Assembly (NCBI RefSeq): GCF_006345805.1
Contig: NC_043000.1
Location: 128,712,001 to 128,776,000, forward strand
Source: Octopus sinensis
Taxonomy: Eukaryota
DNA length: 64,000 nt
Direction: 5' to 3'
Numbering within the stretch: position 1 is the first letter of the stretch; every line of letters starts with the position of its first letter. Below the pieces are notes generated by a model, which was not told the DNA's origin, did no database searches, and was given only the letters and a program-made list of their open reading frames with translations. The translations under genes were made by a program, and so were the position numbers. Positions 23,026 to 38,559 of this stretch are shown piece after piece.

Positions 23026-26000
23026 TATATATATACTACTGGGTATTACCTGTGTGTGTGTATACAAAAATTTAACGTACCTCAATAACTTCTACATCTT
23101 TAAAAAAAAAAATTATATACAATTGTTTTATATTCCAGACCCGAACATAGGCCACTTAAATTTTAAAAAATCGATATTGGGGCCTCTAGAGCGATGGGAA
23201 ACCAACAATAGATGATTCCTATTCATTTGCATTAATCAGCTATTTTATAATCTGTTGGGTTTTTCATACTTTTTTAATCTCTTAATAAAAGTGAAAGGAT
23301 TTTGTCTATTTATTTATTTATTTCCACTGTTCACCAGTGACGGTGATTAAATTGACTAGAAAAGCTGAATGCAAACATTTTCCACAATTCTCAACTGATT
23401 TTCACAAAACTATACACACACATTACTTATGTCCCAAGGATGGTCATGCAATAAACATTTTGCTCAGAGCTCCCGCGTAAATGGACCTAAATGGACATAG
23501 TTTTTTGCATGTAGGTTCTTCCATACTTTTTTTATCTTTTTATAAAAGTGAAAGGACTTTTGTCTATTTCGACCGTCCACCTGTTACAGTGATTAAACTG
23601 GCTAGAAACAATGTACGCGATGAATATCCAAAATCAAACAATCTTAATCTTCATTTTTAAGCTGCATTAAAGTTTGGCAAGCTTACCTTTACCTATTCTG
23701 AGTTACTTGAAAGGTGATGTTTCCTTCACTCTCTCTTATTTGTTGATTCTTTTGTTTACCTACCAATGCGTTGTTTCACTTTAAGGACGCTTATTTACCC
23801 ATCCATTATGATATTTCAACTGTTGTCCATTGTTTCAAATACGTTGTAGCATTGTCATTCTAGCCTTTTTTAAACACTCACACATGATTCGTCTCAAAGA
23901 ATCAACCTTCCACTAGCGAAAGCTATATGTGTCTTTCAGAAAGCTCCATATCAATTTAACTTTATGCAGTATTTGCTGTTAATTTATGCACAGCCTATGT
24001 GGGAAGACATAATAAAGGGGCTTTTGTTAGTTTATCTCTCTGAAAAAATAGCTCCCTTTGCTGTTGAAAAAAAATTTACTCGTAGAGGGGAAGTTTCAAC
24101 GTCTTCCTTCAATTTCACTAAACTATTTATGTGACTGTTTCTGACCAGAAATTTCGCTTTCATATATTTTGTAGTTATTATCTTCCTACAAGTTTTTAAG
24201 ATTTGGGGTAGGTGACATGAGTCTCTATTAAGGTATGTTAGATTTGTATATATTTGTGATTAAATTTTAAGAAGAAATTTATAATCACGCTCCACAACTG
24301 GTTTTTAATAGGCTGAAATTTTTAAACGTGTAAATAAGATCTTACCTAATGATATTTAGTGCAGCTCAGCATTTCTATATAATCGAATATCTGATGTGTT
24401 ATGTGTATTACTTAGCGTGCCTACTATCGGCAAACAAGATCGCATATCTCTGAACTATAGAACAATCTCATACTGGAAGAGAAAGAACATATAGCTCTTG
24501 ATTTTTCTGTTCCGCTGTAGAGCAAATTCTTTCTACTATTCATAATAATATATCTAATATTATTTCTCGTTATTTACTTTTACGAAGTCTAAGGGATAAA
24601 TGAGTAGGGATTGAAAATTAGAAGGATGAAATCCTTTAATACTAAATTGAATGGACTTAGAATCGAGTTTGTTTGCACGATCATTATTCCACTTATACAG
24701 GATTTCCAATCACCATCTGGTTGTCTTCCTAATATTATTAGTTATATTACTGAATATATTCTTGCTAATTAATTCTATCTCTATTTATCAATAATAATTA
24801 TTCTATATTTAGGATTAAAGGCAATATTCTTTATGTTGACTTTCATTATAACATTGGTTTCGCTTTTAGTTAGACATTATAACCTGTTATCTAATTTCAT
24901 TTTATCACCTATCTTTTTGATCTCTACGTTTATAACATTGTTAGTATTTATGCTATAGTTTTTGTAATTTTGGTTAATTTTCTTATTAACTAGCTGTGGA
25001 GTGTGTTAAATCGTACAGATCCATAGTTATAACTACTATACTGTGACATGCCATCAATCATATGATATAAAATCTGATATGACAATCCCATATGTTGCTG
25101 CACGATGTAGGATGGGAATATTGTATTGTAACGTACAGGGGTTTTACCTGAATGAATAAAAAAGGCGTATTCAATACAGCTCTAAATATATCAATATAAT
25201 CAATGTATAGATTAACACATCGCTACTATTAGTCGCACATCTAAGTTACTACTAAGACATTCTCTAGGAGATATACAACCAAAAGTTTCAATAAAGAGAA
25301 TATAGACGTATATAATGTCCAGTAAGTTATATACGTCCAGATTCTCTTCGAAGAATCTTTTAACCATATCAGATTTATTTCTCAGATATGAATCTAGTCG
25401 CGATGATGTGCTAATCTATGCATTGACATAGCCAATGCACATACACATGCACGCACGTGTGTGAGAATGTGCTTATGTGTCTGAGTTCTTCGATGCATGT
25501 GTGTATGTATATTTATGTGTATATGTATATTTATTTAGGGAGGGGTAATCGTGTTAATGTGTGAACATATATTTCTCGTAATATGTGCTCATAAATTTCT
25601 CATGTACACATGCTTATAAAATGTTTTCAATAGGGCCATGATATAAACACTTCTAACATAGATGCAAAGCTAGTTTGTAGGAAAGGATGAACCGATTAAA
25701 TTGCTTTATGTGTTTAACTGATACTTTATTTTATCAACTTCAAAAGGATGAAAGACAAAGATGATCTGGGCTAGATGTGAACACAGAACTTAAAAACTAA
25801 CGAAACACCCAAGGCACTTTCTCCAACACACTAACGATCTTGCCAGTCCATCACTAAAATATGGCCACATTATAATAAAATACCGAAAGGAAGAATATTG
25901 TGCAAGATTACTTTCTTTTTTTAACTAGGCTTCTCTCGAATAAAGCATTTAGCCTCTATTTCCAAATTCCACTTTCGAATTCTTCAGATTGATGTCGGGT

Positions 26001-26878
26001 CGTTCTACACCGGACGGAAGTCTGTCATTCTAGTGCGAAATCAAAGAGTATTCTAAAATACTCATTGACAATTTCCGGCTAAAAATTAGCAAAAAATATA
26101 TGAAAAAGATTAAAAAAAAAAAGAAAAAGAAATACCCAGAAAACTTGATGGTGATTAAGAGGTGGAATTTTGGCAAAGTTCAAAGAGATGTCTTGCAAGA
26201 TACAGGAAGTTCACTGGGTTCTCGATTGTGACCGATTAGAAGACGCACATGACATCTGGTCCTCAGGGGAGAGGGAACTGTGTAGTGGTGTGAATTCGAT
26301 CCGATTCTCAAAAAGCATTCCATCAGTAACGACAATTTTGTCACTTTAATAAATAAATATATGCAAACAGGCGCGCGCACGCGTACACATACACGCACAC
26401 ACAACACACACACACACACAAACACACGTGCGCTCATTGTTTACATGTGTGTGTATATATACATGGCTCTTACCAAACTATATATATATATAATTTGATA
26501 AGTGTTAACACACGAAACTTTCGGATGTTGCCTTACTATTGCTTCTGATAAATATTAATAAAAGAGTTAAAATTAATTAAAGGGCATACTAAGTATGTCT
26601 ACCTGCTGGAAATAACAGTCAAAACTCTTATTTAAATCGCCAAAATACACTGATGATAACTACAGAAATTAACCGTCGAAAGGCAAACGGGCTAAGACAA
26701 TCTTTCAGCATACATTCAAGTATTTGGACTCACGTGGACCGGTTTCTGGATTAGCATAATAGCCTAACCTTTCTCAGCACGCGTTACAATTACAGAGAGC
26801 CCCAACCCGCCATGAATCAGTATTAATAAAAGGGTATGTTTTTCGTTTCTATTTTTCCTGTTTGCACCGCCCAACCTG

Positions 26879-27351
<473 letters not shown>

Positions 27352-27363
27352 TCCTTTTTTCCA

Positions 27364-27484
27364 TAACTCTAACCCTAAAACCCCAACCCTAACCCTAATT
27401 CTAACCCTAAAACCTTAACCCTAACCCTAACCCTAAACACTAACCCTAACTCTAAAACCCTAACCCTAACCCTAAAACCCTAAA
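27364..27484. repeat. Degenerate interstitial telomeric repeat (CCCTAA)n
   Basis: About 19 imperfect TAACCC/TAAAACCC units, directly visible. Confidence 0.9.
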
Positions 27485-27537
27485 TTTATGAATGTGTTTG
27501 AATTTGTGTATGAGTTTGAAAGTTTAGTTTAATATAT

Positions 27538-29035
27538 ATAGGCGCAGGCGTGGCACTGTGGTTAGAAGCTTGCTTCCCAAAGACACGCCTTGGGAGTGGA
27601 TTTGTTAGACGGAAACTGAAAGAAGCCCGTCGTATATTTATGTCTTTGCGTCTGTGTTTGTCCCTCCACCATCGCTTGACAGCCAATATTGATATGTTTA
27701 CATCCCCGTAACTTAGCGGTTCGGCAAAGAGATCGCTAGAATAAGTACTAGGCTTACAAAGAGTTAATCCTGGGACCGATTTCTTCGACTAAAAATCCGG
27801 ATCTTTTCCTTTTGATGGACGGAATTTTCTGGTTAACTAAACAATTTGAAACTTCGTATACTTGTAGAATGTGTCAAAAGAAAACATTATTGTAAGCAAA
27901 ATTGAAAACAAAATTGTAATTTGTAAGTTTAACGTAGTTTAATTCTACGAATTTTAACCAATGAAATCGCAGCATTTGAGCTCAAATCATTTGCTGCGTC
28001 TAAAAACTCACACACACACGTCTTATTCATCCTTTCTCTCTTCTGTCTTCTGTCTTCTGCATGTGCTAGAAATAACAGCTATATCTCTTAAATCGATGAA
28101 TTTCGCCGCCCATTAAAAATATTAACGATATTTTTTGAATATTTTCTTTATTTTTTTTTACCGAAAAGGCTTCTCCCATGGTTTTGAAGGGCCAGAAACA
28201 ACAAAAAGAAAACAATAATATGCCTAAAGCGGTCTAGAGTTTGCGCGTGGAGTGTGAGTTGTATTGTAAAAATTTGCGAAATATTTTTTCAGAAAAGGAT
28301 GCCCCAGCTTGTCGGAAGTTGTGATATAAATTGGGGAAAAAATCCTCGACACCAGTGCGTAATTGGTACTTAATTTATCGACCCCGAAACGATGAAACAT
28401 TGACCCCCCCCCTTCTGGTTTATTTACCTTTTGTGTAAATTTGTTGCGGCAAGGGGCAACTTACGAACGTGTATGTATGCTTGTGTGCGTATGTGTATGT
28501 ATGTATATGTCCATTTGTATGTGTGTGTACGTTTATATATTAATTACTATGTGCTTGTGCAAATGTATATGCATGTGTTTGAGAGAGAGAGAGAGAGAGA
28601 GAGTGACAGAGAGTGCGTGTGTGTGTGCAAGTGTACGTGTGTATGTATCTGAATATGTGTGTGTGTGCAAGTGTACGTGTGTATGTATCTGAATATATGT
28701 GTGTGTTTGTATGCGGCATGCGTCTGCTATGTTTCTTTATCAATATCGATAACGCAGCAAATGATTTAAGCTCAAATGCTCGGATTTCATTGGTTAAAAT
28801 TCGAAGATGCTGGGATTTTATTGGTTAAAATTCCAAGAATTAAACTACGTTAAACTTACAAATCACAATTTTGTTTTCAATTTTGTTTACAATAATGTTT
28901 TCTTTTGACACATTCTACCAGCATACGAAGTTTCAAATTTTTTAGTTAACTAGAAAATTCCGTCCATCAAAAGGAAAAGATCCCCAAATCCTTTAAATGG
29001 CCGTAGTCAAATGACTGAAAAAAGTAAAAGAATAT
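27538..29035 (+). mobile_element. SINE family B split by a MITE insertion (pieces 27538-27798 and 28984-29035)
   Basis: The SINE runs to CGACTAAAAATCC and resumes with ATGGCCGTAGTCAAATGACTGAAA after the insert. Confidence 0.8.
27799..28983. mobile_element. MITE with ~200 bp TIRs starting GGATCTTTTCC
   Basis: 27799-~28010 is an imperfect inverted repeat of ~28750-28983; flanks AAAAATCC and CCAAATCC form a degenerate 8-bp TSD. Confidence 0.85.
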
Positions 29036-29052
29036 ATATTTGAATTAAAGTG

Positions 29053-29102
<50 letters not shown>

Positions 29103-29287
29103 AATATATATATATGTAATTTACTATATATATACGTGGCACTCTGTCGGTTACGATGACGAGGGTTCCAGCTGATCTGATCAACAGAACAGCCTGCTCG
29201 TGAAATTAACGTGCGAGTGGCTGAGAACTCCACAGAGACATGTACCCTTAACGTAGCTCTCGGGGAGATTCAGTGTGACAAGGCTGG

Positions 29288-30150
29288 GGATCTTTTCAAT
29301 TGTGTGGCCAGGAGCCCAGATCTTTCTACTTAACTAAATAATTTGAAACTTCGTATGCTGGTACAGTGTTTCAAAACAAGACACAGGTTGGAACTAGTTT
29401 ATTTGAGAAAAATCTATTTTATGACTTTAATCGTAGATTAAAACTGCGAATTTTAACCAATGAGATTGCTTGTTTTCATATTTAATACGTTACTGCATTC
29501 TGTTAGTGTGACGTAGAAAGCAGTTTTGTGACGTAGGCAACTGTGCACATTTGAGGCTAACATATATAGATACATACACATACACACACATACATACAGA
29601 TACACATACACCGAGTATTCACTCGAAAAAACTAAACACTGAATCGGCCATACATACATGTGTGACACACACACACACACACATAGATACACACACACAC
29701 ACACACACATACATACACACACATACATACATAGATACATACACACACACACATACATACACACACATACACACACACACACTACATACATAGATACATA
29801 CACACATACATACATACATTCATACATACATACATTCATACATATACACATACACCGAGTAAAAAATTTCATCGTTATTGTTTTGTTTACATTTGTTTAC
29901 ATACCATATGTTTACTACGTCACCAAATTGGTGGTCGAGACAGAGTAAATAATATGAAGCCGAAAGACGGAATACCATTGGTTAAAATTCTAATTATTAA
30001 ACAATGTTAAACTTAGAAGTTACAATTCCGTTTTCATTCTGGTTTACAATTAAGTTTACTTTTGACACATTCTACCAGTATACGAAGTTTCAAATTGTTT
30101 GGTTCAGTAGGAAAAATTTGAAAAAACTGGCTTCACAAATGAAAAGATCC
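29288..30150. mobile_element. Related GGATC-TIR MITE with a perfect 8-bp TSD (AAGGCTGG), nested in a SINE
   Basis: AAGGCTGG|GGATCTTTTC ... GAAAAGATCC|AAGGCTGG; shares subterminal GAAACTTCGTATGCTGGTA with the 27799 element. Confidence 0.85.
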
Positions 30151-31808
30151 AAGGCTGGCCCTTTGAAATACAGGTACAACAGAGACAGTGAAAAAAAGTT
30201 GTGGTGAAAGGGTACAACAGGGTTCGCCACCACCCCCTGCCGGAGTCTCATGGAGCTTTAGGTGTTTTCACTCAATAAACACTCACAACGCCCAGTCTGG
30301 GAATCGAAACTGCGATCCTAGGACCGTGATTCCGCTGCCCTAACCTCTGGGCCTTTGCGCCTCCACACATGTGTACGTATGTATGTATGTATGTATGTAT
30401 GTATGTATGTATGTATGTATGTATGTATGTATGTATACACAGACGCACTCATGTGTGTGAGTGTGCGTGTGTGTGTGTATACGCGTACACATCCACTCAC
30501 ACATCTATATAAAGTTTTGTTTGTTTATGACTTGAAATATTCAGGTTAATTTGTTAATTCAATACTAGACAGCTTTGCTCTGAAATATATCTGGAAGAAG
30601 GAAGAGGAGGAGAGTTAGATAAATACATAGATAAGCAGAGAGAGAGAGAGAGAGAGAGAGGGGAGGGAGAGGGAGAGAGAGAGGGGGAGGGAGAGGGAGA
30701 GAGAGAGACAAGAGGGTGGGGGAATGTGAGAGTCACAGAGGTAGACAGCGTTAGAGAAAATGGTTGTGTATGCGAGAGAGAGAGACAACATTTATATCCG
30801 TGTCAATTGTACCCTAACTTTGCAAACATCCGTCACAAATACATCAACTCCACATCCTATTTAACTGAGTTTAAAGAAACCTGTAAACTATTAACGCTTA
30901 TGCTTTTCTCCTTGTCCTTTAACCCATTTTATTTCTTTTCAATCTTGATCTTTTTAGGCTCCCCCTAAGAAGACGTCTCCTGAGCCTTTTGGTAGCATGT
31001 AGGAGCACATCCCGTTTCACAGTTGTTTTATAACTCGGTTTCCTGTTCAGTATTTTCGAAAAATAAATAAATAAATCATTGCGATTAACCACCGAGGAAC
31101 ACCAGCTGCTTGAAAAGTAATAGCTAAGTTAGTACATATTATATATGGAGCATTGAAAATATAAATGAGAATAATTATGCGTTGACGAAAACACAACGGT
31201 CACGTCAAGGGCTAAAATATTTTGTTTCAGCAAGAAGGGAAGATAACACCAGGTATACGGCAGTCTTAAATATTCCCATTGAAACATTGACTTCAGTGTA
31301 CTTGTAGTGAAGTAGTGGGTGAGAAATTCGCTAATTTTATTTAAAATTAAAGTTTGTCCCGGGCCCAACAGATTGAAGCTCATTCTGGTTCTGGATTGGA
31401 CACCATTTCATTGCATCGTTAACATTAGCAGCAACAGCAGTAGCTGTAGCTTTCACTGGTAATCATTTTCAATTGCGTGGAATGAAGCAAGGTGAAAAGC
31501 TGACCCTACCGAAGGATACAACGCACCACACAGTTCGAGAATCGAACCTGCGAAACATGATCGTGACCCAAACACCCAAACAAACCACTACACCACACAC
31601 CTTCAAGAGTTACTAAGTAGATACACGATATTGTAGGCGTGAAAAATAAACATATTTAAGAACATAAATCTTTAACATTAAATAGATGTTGGTAGGGAGT
31701 AATTGTCCCGAGGACCCTGACAAAGGACATAAAAGTTATGCTTTCTCCTCTAACTAATCCACACACCTACACACACACACGCCACGCACGCCATCATGTG
31801 TGCGTGCG

Positions 31809-31876
<68 letters not shown>

Positions 31877-32166
31877 TGTGTGCGTTTAAGAGCCTCTTTA
31901 CCAAGGATATACAGCGCAACAAAGATGTGGGCAATAAGTTTGTTTCCATATCAAATTACTTGGTGGATAGAGTTAGCTTTAATGAAAGTTAAATAAATAC
32001 TTTGCATTAATTTATTTTCATAAGGGTGTGTGTTACCTCGTAGTATTTACTTTCGCCATTACCCGTTCCCAGTTCAAATACCGCCAGGTCTGACTTTGTC
32101 TTTTATCACAACGGTGTCGAAGCAAATAGAGAGAAAGAAAGAGTGGGGGGTTAGAGAGAGAGAGAA

Positions 32167-32217
<51 letters not shown>

Positions 32218-32391
32218 GTGTGTGTGTGTGTGTTTGTGGTGGGGTGGTTGTGCTGAGAAGCAGCAGAATAGATCAATCAGTTCAACATATGTGGTTGATT
32301 AAACCTGGGACAGAAAAGTTCCAGTCGGGATCAATTAACTTTTATTTTCCAGACACAACGTATCACAAATTACATTATCTGATGTACCAAG

Positions 32392-32745
32392 GCGGCGAGC
32401 TTAGCGGTATTTCTGATGCCGCTACGTTCTGAGTTCAAATTCCGCCGAAGTCAACTTTGCCTTTCATCTTTTCGGGGTCGATAAATTAAGTACCAGTTGC
32501 GTACTGGGGTTGATCTAATCGACTGGCCCCCTCCCTCAAAATTTCAGGCCTTGTGCCTATAGTAGAAAAGAATCGTTAGCACACCGGGCGAAATGCTTAG
32601 CAGTATTTCCCCGCTGCTACGTTCTGAGTTCAAATTCTGCCGGGGTCGACTTTACCTTTCATCCTTTCGGGATCGATAAATTAAGTACCAGTTGCGTACT
32701 GGAATTGATCTAATCGACTGGCCCCCTCCCGTCAAATTTCGGGCT
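32392..32745 (+). mobile_element. Two head-to-tail SINE family A copies
   Basis: The block GTTCTGAGTTCAAATT...GATAAATTAAGTACCAGTTGCGTACTGG...GACTGGCCCCCTCCC occurs twice. Confidence 0.85.
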
Positions 32746-33143
32746 TTGTGGGACTATCTAATGTACCTTTCTGAAGTTGCCAGGTGTCATTTGAGGAAGA
32801 TCTAGTAGTTATTTCTACCAGATCGAATAACCACACAAAAGCCCCTTGGTGTTGTTGTTGATAGTGATGATGCTGTTCTTGTAGTCCAGCCCATATGTCA
32901 ACTTTGATCGAATAGATTTATGATAAAGGGCGTTCCAGCCGTGGCAACTCGTTTTTCTTCTTTGCTTCATACCGATTTAGTTTTGGACGATGTTACGCAA
33001 CTTGTCTTCCCATTTTTTAAAACCGTAGAGTATGATGGAAGAATTATTTGATTTTTGTTGTTGTTTAGTCTCAGGGCAGCTCTCAATAAGCAGATCTCCG
33101 CATAAAGGCGGTCTAACTTGAACAATCTCATCGCTCTCGTATG

Positions 33144-33220
<77 letters not shown>

Positions 33221-33289
33221 CACATACATACATACATACATACGTGTACAAACATACATGCTTACACATGTGAACACTAATACATTGAA

Positions 33290-33570
33290 TGTAGTTACTC
33301 TTTTTCTCTTTTATCCTTTTACTTGTTTCAGTCATTTGACTGTGGCCATGCTGGAGAACCGCCTTTTAGTCGAGCAAATCGACTCTAGGACTTATTCTAT
33401 CGGTCACTTTTGCCGAACCGCTAATTTACTGGGTCGTAAACACACCAGCATCGGTTGGAGGGGGGGGACAAACACAGACACACAAAGTTATATACACGCA
33501 CACATATATATATATATAAATATATACGACGGGCTTCTTTCAGTTTCCATCTACTTACCACACAGCCACT
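33290..33570 (-). mobile_element. SINE family B, partial
   Basis: TTTCAGTCATTTGACTGTGGCCATGCTGGAG...GACGGGCTTCTTTCAGTTTCC matches the family. Confidence 0.8.
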
Positions 33571-36500
33571 CCTACGCCTAATAAAAAAGAATTAAAGAGT
33601 TGAAATGAAACCGGTCATGAGGCACAATATCATTAGCGTTAATGATAATTCTTGTCAAGAGGGCAAGGGGAGAGAACTCGGAAACTCCCAAATGTAACTT
33701 TGTTAGAAAATTAAAGGGAGACATGTAATGGGGAATTAGATTTTAAAAAAAATATTCAGTTACTACTCTGGAGTCAAATTTCGGTCTTAGCATGTCTTCT
33801 CAGCCAAGTATAATCTAGCTTGTAGTCACCTGATCTTAGAAGAATTTTAGAGAGAAGAAAAATCCTTAATTGATTAGACATTTTTAATATTGATAGATTA
33901 TGTAGGAGACATTGTCTTACTAATGTGGTATGTTACCTGCTATCATTAGATATTCATCTTCGTCAGTTAAATTATGGCGTAGCACTAACATTATCTTCAG
34001 AGAATGTCAGTAGAATTGGTCTTGCAGGGTTGCTCAATTTGCTATAAATAACAGCCGAATACATCTCCTTCAAATCGAGTTCTATAATCTTGACTAGGGA
34101 AAGCACACATTACATTACATAGTCCAAGAACTACCATAAAAATGACGGGCTGGTCATGGACAAAATGTTATTGACTATGGGATTACTCGATTATGGTCGA
34201 CCGAGGGTTAAACAGCAACACTAGCACCAGTCTGCTTATTTGAAAGAGTAGGTTGGTGGTGTCTGAATAACAGAGTGGCAGAGAAAAAAATGGCGATTGG
34301 TCGGTATGTGGTTGTCATGTGTTTTCCTTTTCTTAGTTTTTGTTTTTTACTTTTTGCCTTTCGACGAATACTAATTACTAGTGTTTTCAGACTAATTACA
34401 CTGCAATTAAACTGGCTATCTCGTATGTGTGTGTGTGTGTGTATGTGTGTGTGTGAGAGAGAGAGAGAAAGAGAAAGAGAGAGAGAGAGAAAGAGAGGAG
34501 AGAGAGAACGTAAGAAAGAATAGAAAGGAGTGAGAGAAATGTGAGGGAAGTAAAGAAAGGATGTGGGAGATGTGAGATGGATTGCGTGAGTTTTACGTAG
34601 TCAAAACTGCGCATGTTCAATGAGTTAGATTGTTTAATGAATGTAAATGCACTACCAGCGGGTTTGGTTTTTATATTAAATGAACAGGGTGTAATACAAT
34701 TCGTGAGGTATGAGAAAAGGAGCTAGGAAGTTTAACTGAATTAACAGGACATAGATTTTAGTTGTGTTCAGAGCTGAGTAATTAAAAGTAATTACAAACA
34801 GGACAATTGTTTGTGTTAGTGTGAGAATAGATACTCATATAGGCGCACAACTGCCGAACGGTTACGAAGTTCACTTCGCAACAACGAAGTACCGGGTTCG
34901 ATCCCATTGCTTGGCATATTGGGCAAATGTCATTTTTTATTGTACTGGGTCGAGTTGTACTTTGTGAGTGAAATTGGGTAGACAAGACACTGTATAGAAA
35001 TCCGTCGGATGGATTGCACCCATGATTAAATAAAGTACAGCCTTGTCACACATCGCGTAATGCTGATTTTAACCGAAAGGCATGTTTATTGTATACGTGT
35101 TTGAGGAATGCTCAGCCACTTACATATTAATTGAGGGGGCAGCAGGTTATTCAGTTGATTGAACAACCACATTCGCAACGTCGAGCGGCAGAGATCCGCT
35201 AAGGGGGTTACCGCCAAGTTTAGTAAGACCTGCGTTTTCTTACTAAGTTACTGTAGCGATTTACTGTAGAGCTACAGTAGCGATTGGCTGTCATTGTTGC
35301 TGCTGTTGTTGTTGTTTAGCAAGGGCCTGTGATTTTGGGGGAGCCTTTCCTTGCAGCTTTGAGGTAAAGGAGAGATCCTTAGGTAAAGAATTACCACTGT
35401 TTACAATAAATATTTTATTCTGTCCTCTTTCTTATAAGCGTATACATATACACTAGATGCACACATATATACCTGTAACCCAAATATAAATGTACTTAAA
35501 AAACTATTATTAAAATATTTGATGAGTATTTTGCATTGGACTTACATTTCTCACTTGAACTCATTCACATCTGGTTTTGGTCTATTGCTAGCTTTGCCTG
35601 GACCCATACCTACATGTGAACTGTGCAGGTTATATTTGAGATATATGTATTTGGTTTGCGGAGTTATGCTTGGGATTCGTATATGTAATCTATGGAATTT
35701 ATATTTGAGGTTTGTATATGTGGTTTTGGAAGTTATAACTGGGACTTATACATGTAGTTTGTAGCAGTTTTATGTGGCCTGTACATGGAAACTGAGGAGT
35801 TATACTCGAGGTTTGTATAAAGAGAATATGGAAGTTAAATTTGAAAAATGCACAGGAAAATTGTGGGTGTTAAATATGGAATGTGGAAATTATATTTAAG
35901 TTTTGGATTGTGGAAGTTAAATTTGTGGCTTAGGAAGATTATATTTTGTGACTTGTGCACGTAGTTTCTGTAAGTTATATTAGTGTCTCGTACATGTAGC
36001 CTGTGGAAATAGTATTTGACTCTTATACAAGTGGATTTTGCAATTCATATTTATTTGTTTGTACATGTGGCTTATCAAAATGATATTTGGTGGTTGCATA
36101 TGTGGTTTGTAGAATCTATATTTAAGGTTCGTAAGAATGTGCAAATGTGAGTTGCATGTGTAAATGAACTTATTTGACAATAATATTTCTTGTATGTATG
36201 TATGTATGTATGTATGTATGTATGTATGTATGTATGTATGTATGTATGTATGTATTATGTATGTATGTATGTATGTATGTATGTATGTATGTATGTATGC
36301 ATGTATATATGTATGTGTGTGTGTATGTATGTATGTATGTATGTATGTATGTATGTATGTATGTATGTATGTATGTATGTATGTGTGTGTGTATGTATGT
36401 ATGCATGCATGCATGCATGCAAGTATGGATAATATGAATATTGTTCCTATTTCTTATAAACCAGACAGCAATTTACAGCTCTTCCTATTTTAACATACGC

Positions 36501-36649
36501 TCTGTGAGAATATGACCTGCTCAAATTTATATTTGTTGATATACTTTCAAGTATTCTTTGAAACAAACATTTACATGCATAGAGCCGCGTGCACATGTAT
36601 GCAAACAACACATAGAGATGTGTGTGTGTGTGTGTGAGTGTGTGTGTGT

Positions 36650-36725
<76 letters not shown>

Positions 36726-38457
36726 TTATGTATGTATGCGTATGTATAAACTATTAAGTTAATCATGGCCTGGTCTGCTATCAGCCAAAACTTATCTAAG
36801 GTATTTGAAGTATACACACGTTATATTTTTTCCATAAAGAAATTTGCAAAATTGTTGATATATTTTCATAAATGTTCATCTTTGTTGAAAGCAAATTATT
36901 TTTTGTATTTAGATAAAACAAAAATAGTATTTACTTTACTCATTAAGAACAAAGAAAAAAAAAAGAATCAGTGCTTCTGGCATAGTTATCTTGTATTTCT
37001 TAATCTTGTAATTCTTTGTGTCTGCAAGCTTCACAAAAAATGCGAGCTCTAATTTCAACCATTCTTCTGGAATATACGTAAAAAAAGATCTTCGCTATTA
37101 AAAGTTGCTGAACTCAGCTTGGCCTTAAAGATCTGTTATAAACTGATTTCAAATTCTGGCACAATGCTAGCAATTTCGGGGGAAGGGATAAGTCGATTAC
37201 CTTGCCCCCAGTCTTCAACTGGTTCTTATTTTGTTTACCCCCCCCCCCCAAAAAAAAAGACGAAAGGCGGAATTTGATCTCAGAACGTTTAGACGGACGA
37301 AATGCCACTAATGATTCTGCCAGCGTGCTAACGATTCTGCCAGCTCGCCACATTAAAATCTTCTTTCAATTGCCAACACACTACAGATCAGATGTTCAAT
37401 AAGATCGTAGGATTTTAGAGTCATGTTTTCATTTATTATTTCGTGTTTACAACGGGGTCGATAAAGTAAAGTGTTAGTCAACTAATTAGATATTACGGTG
37501 AGGGTGGGGTGGGGGCTATGATGTCAGATTACTCCCTCTTCTTAAAATTGCTGGCCATGCGTCTAAAACAGAAATCAGAAACCCCTTATTTTGTGTTTTT
37601 AACAAATATTTACAATTTCTTTTTTCTTTTAACTTTTTTTTTGCCCAAACTTATTCCTTCTTTGTTTTATTTCAAATAACAACGGAAATCGAACATTGGA
37701 CAAAACTAGTTTGAGACTTATGGTTTGGATGCATACAGTTCCACATACAGTTCCACAGAAAAGCAATTCCACATTCTATTCCGATTTTACTTTGATGCAT
37801 TTGGTTAGGCCAAATCGAAAGATATTTCTTCTCCCTCGGTGTGGAGTTATTCAATCGAATGATCAGATGGATTAACATACATTGCCAGGTTCGGTCGAGT
37901 GAACCTGTTGGATAGGGGGAACAATTATCTTTCTTGTAGTACGTGCAATCACACACTCTTTCCAGACTATGATTGGAAAAACGCTCTTGTCAATTGTAGG
38001 CAATCTTTGTATCTTCCATGCGAAACCCCACCGATGTCAATGACGATCTGAGACAAATTAAAACCTTGACTCAACTGACTTTTTGGAAGAGATTCAGCCT
38101 ATTTTTGTATAATCCAAGAGGTTATTTTGTTAGAAATTGGACACAGAGTTTATAATAGATCAGGAATTCGTTTGGCAAAACATTAATGTTGTGGATGGAC
38201 ACATTTCTTGTGTTTGTTGGAAAATAAATCGATAAAAAAATATTGTCTGCTATTTCGCATGGGGCCTGTCCAGTCAAACTTTAACTTTTCTACTGAACTT
38301 AGTTTATTCTGACGGATTACATTATTTTAATTCTATAAAGCTGTTGATCTCTTCCCATGTAGTGACCGCTACCTGAAGCAGAGTGGTCAGTGTTGACATA
38401 TGCATATCTATTTAATATATATTTATATCTATTTAATAGATATATCTATGTAATATG

Positions 38458-38559
<102 letters not shown>

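Noticed and set aside
37720-38060. Possible Tc1 transposase remnant (MVW.., IIF..., weak WP.NSPD-like trace)
   Set aside because: Too degenerate; no catalytic motif is intact and no TIR was found.
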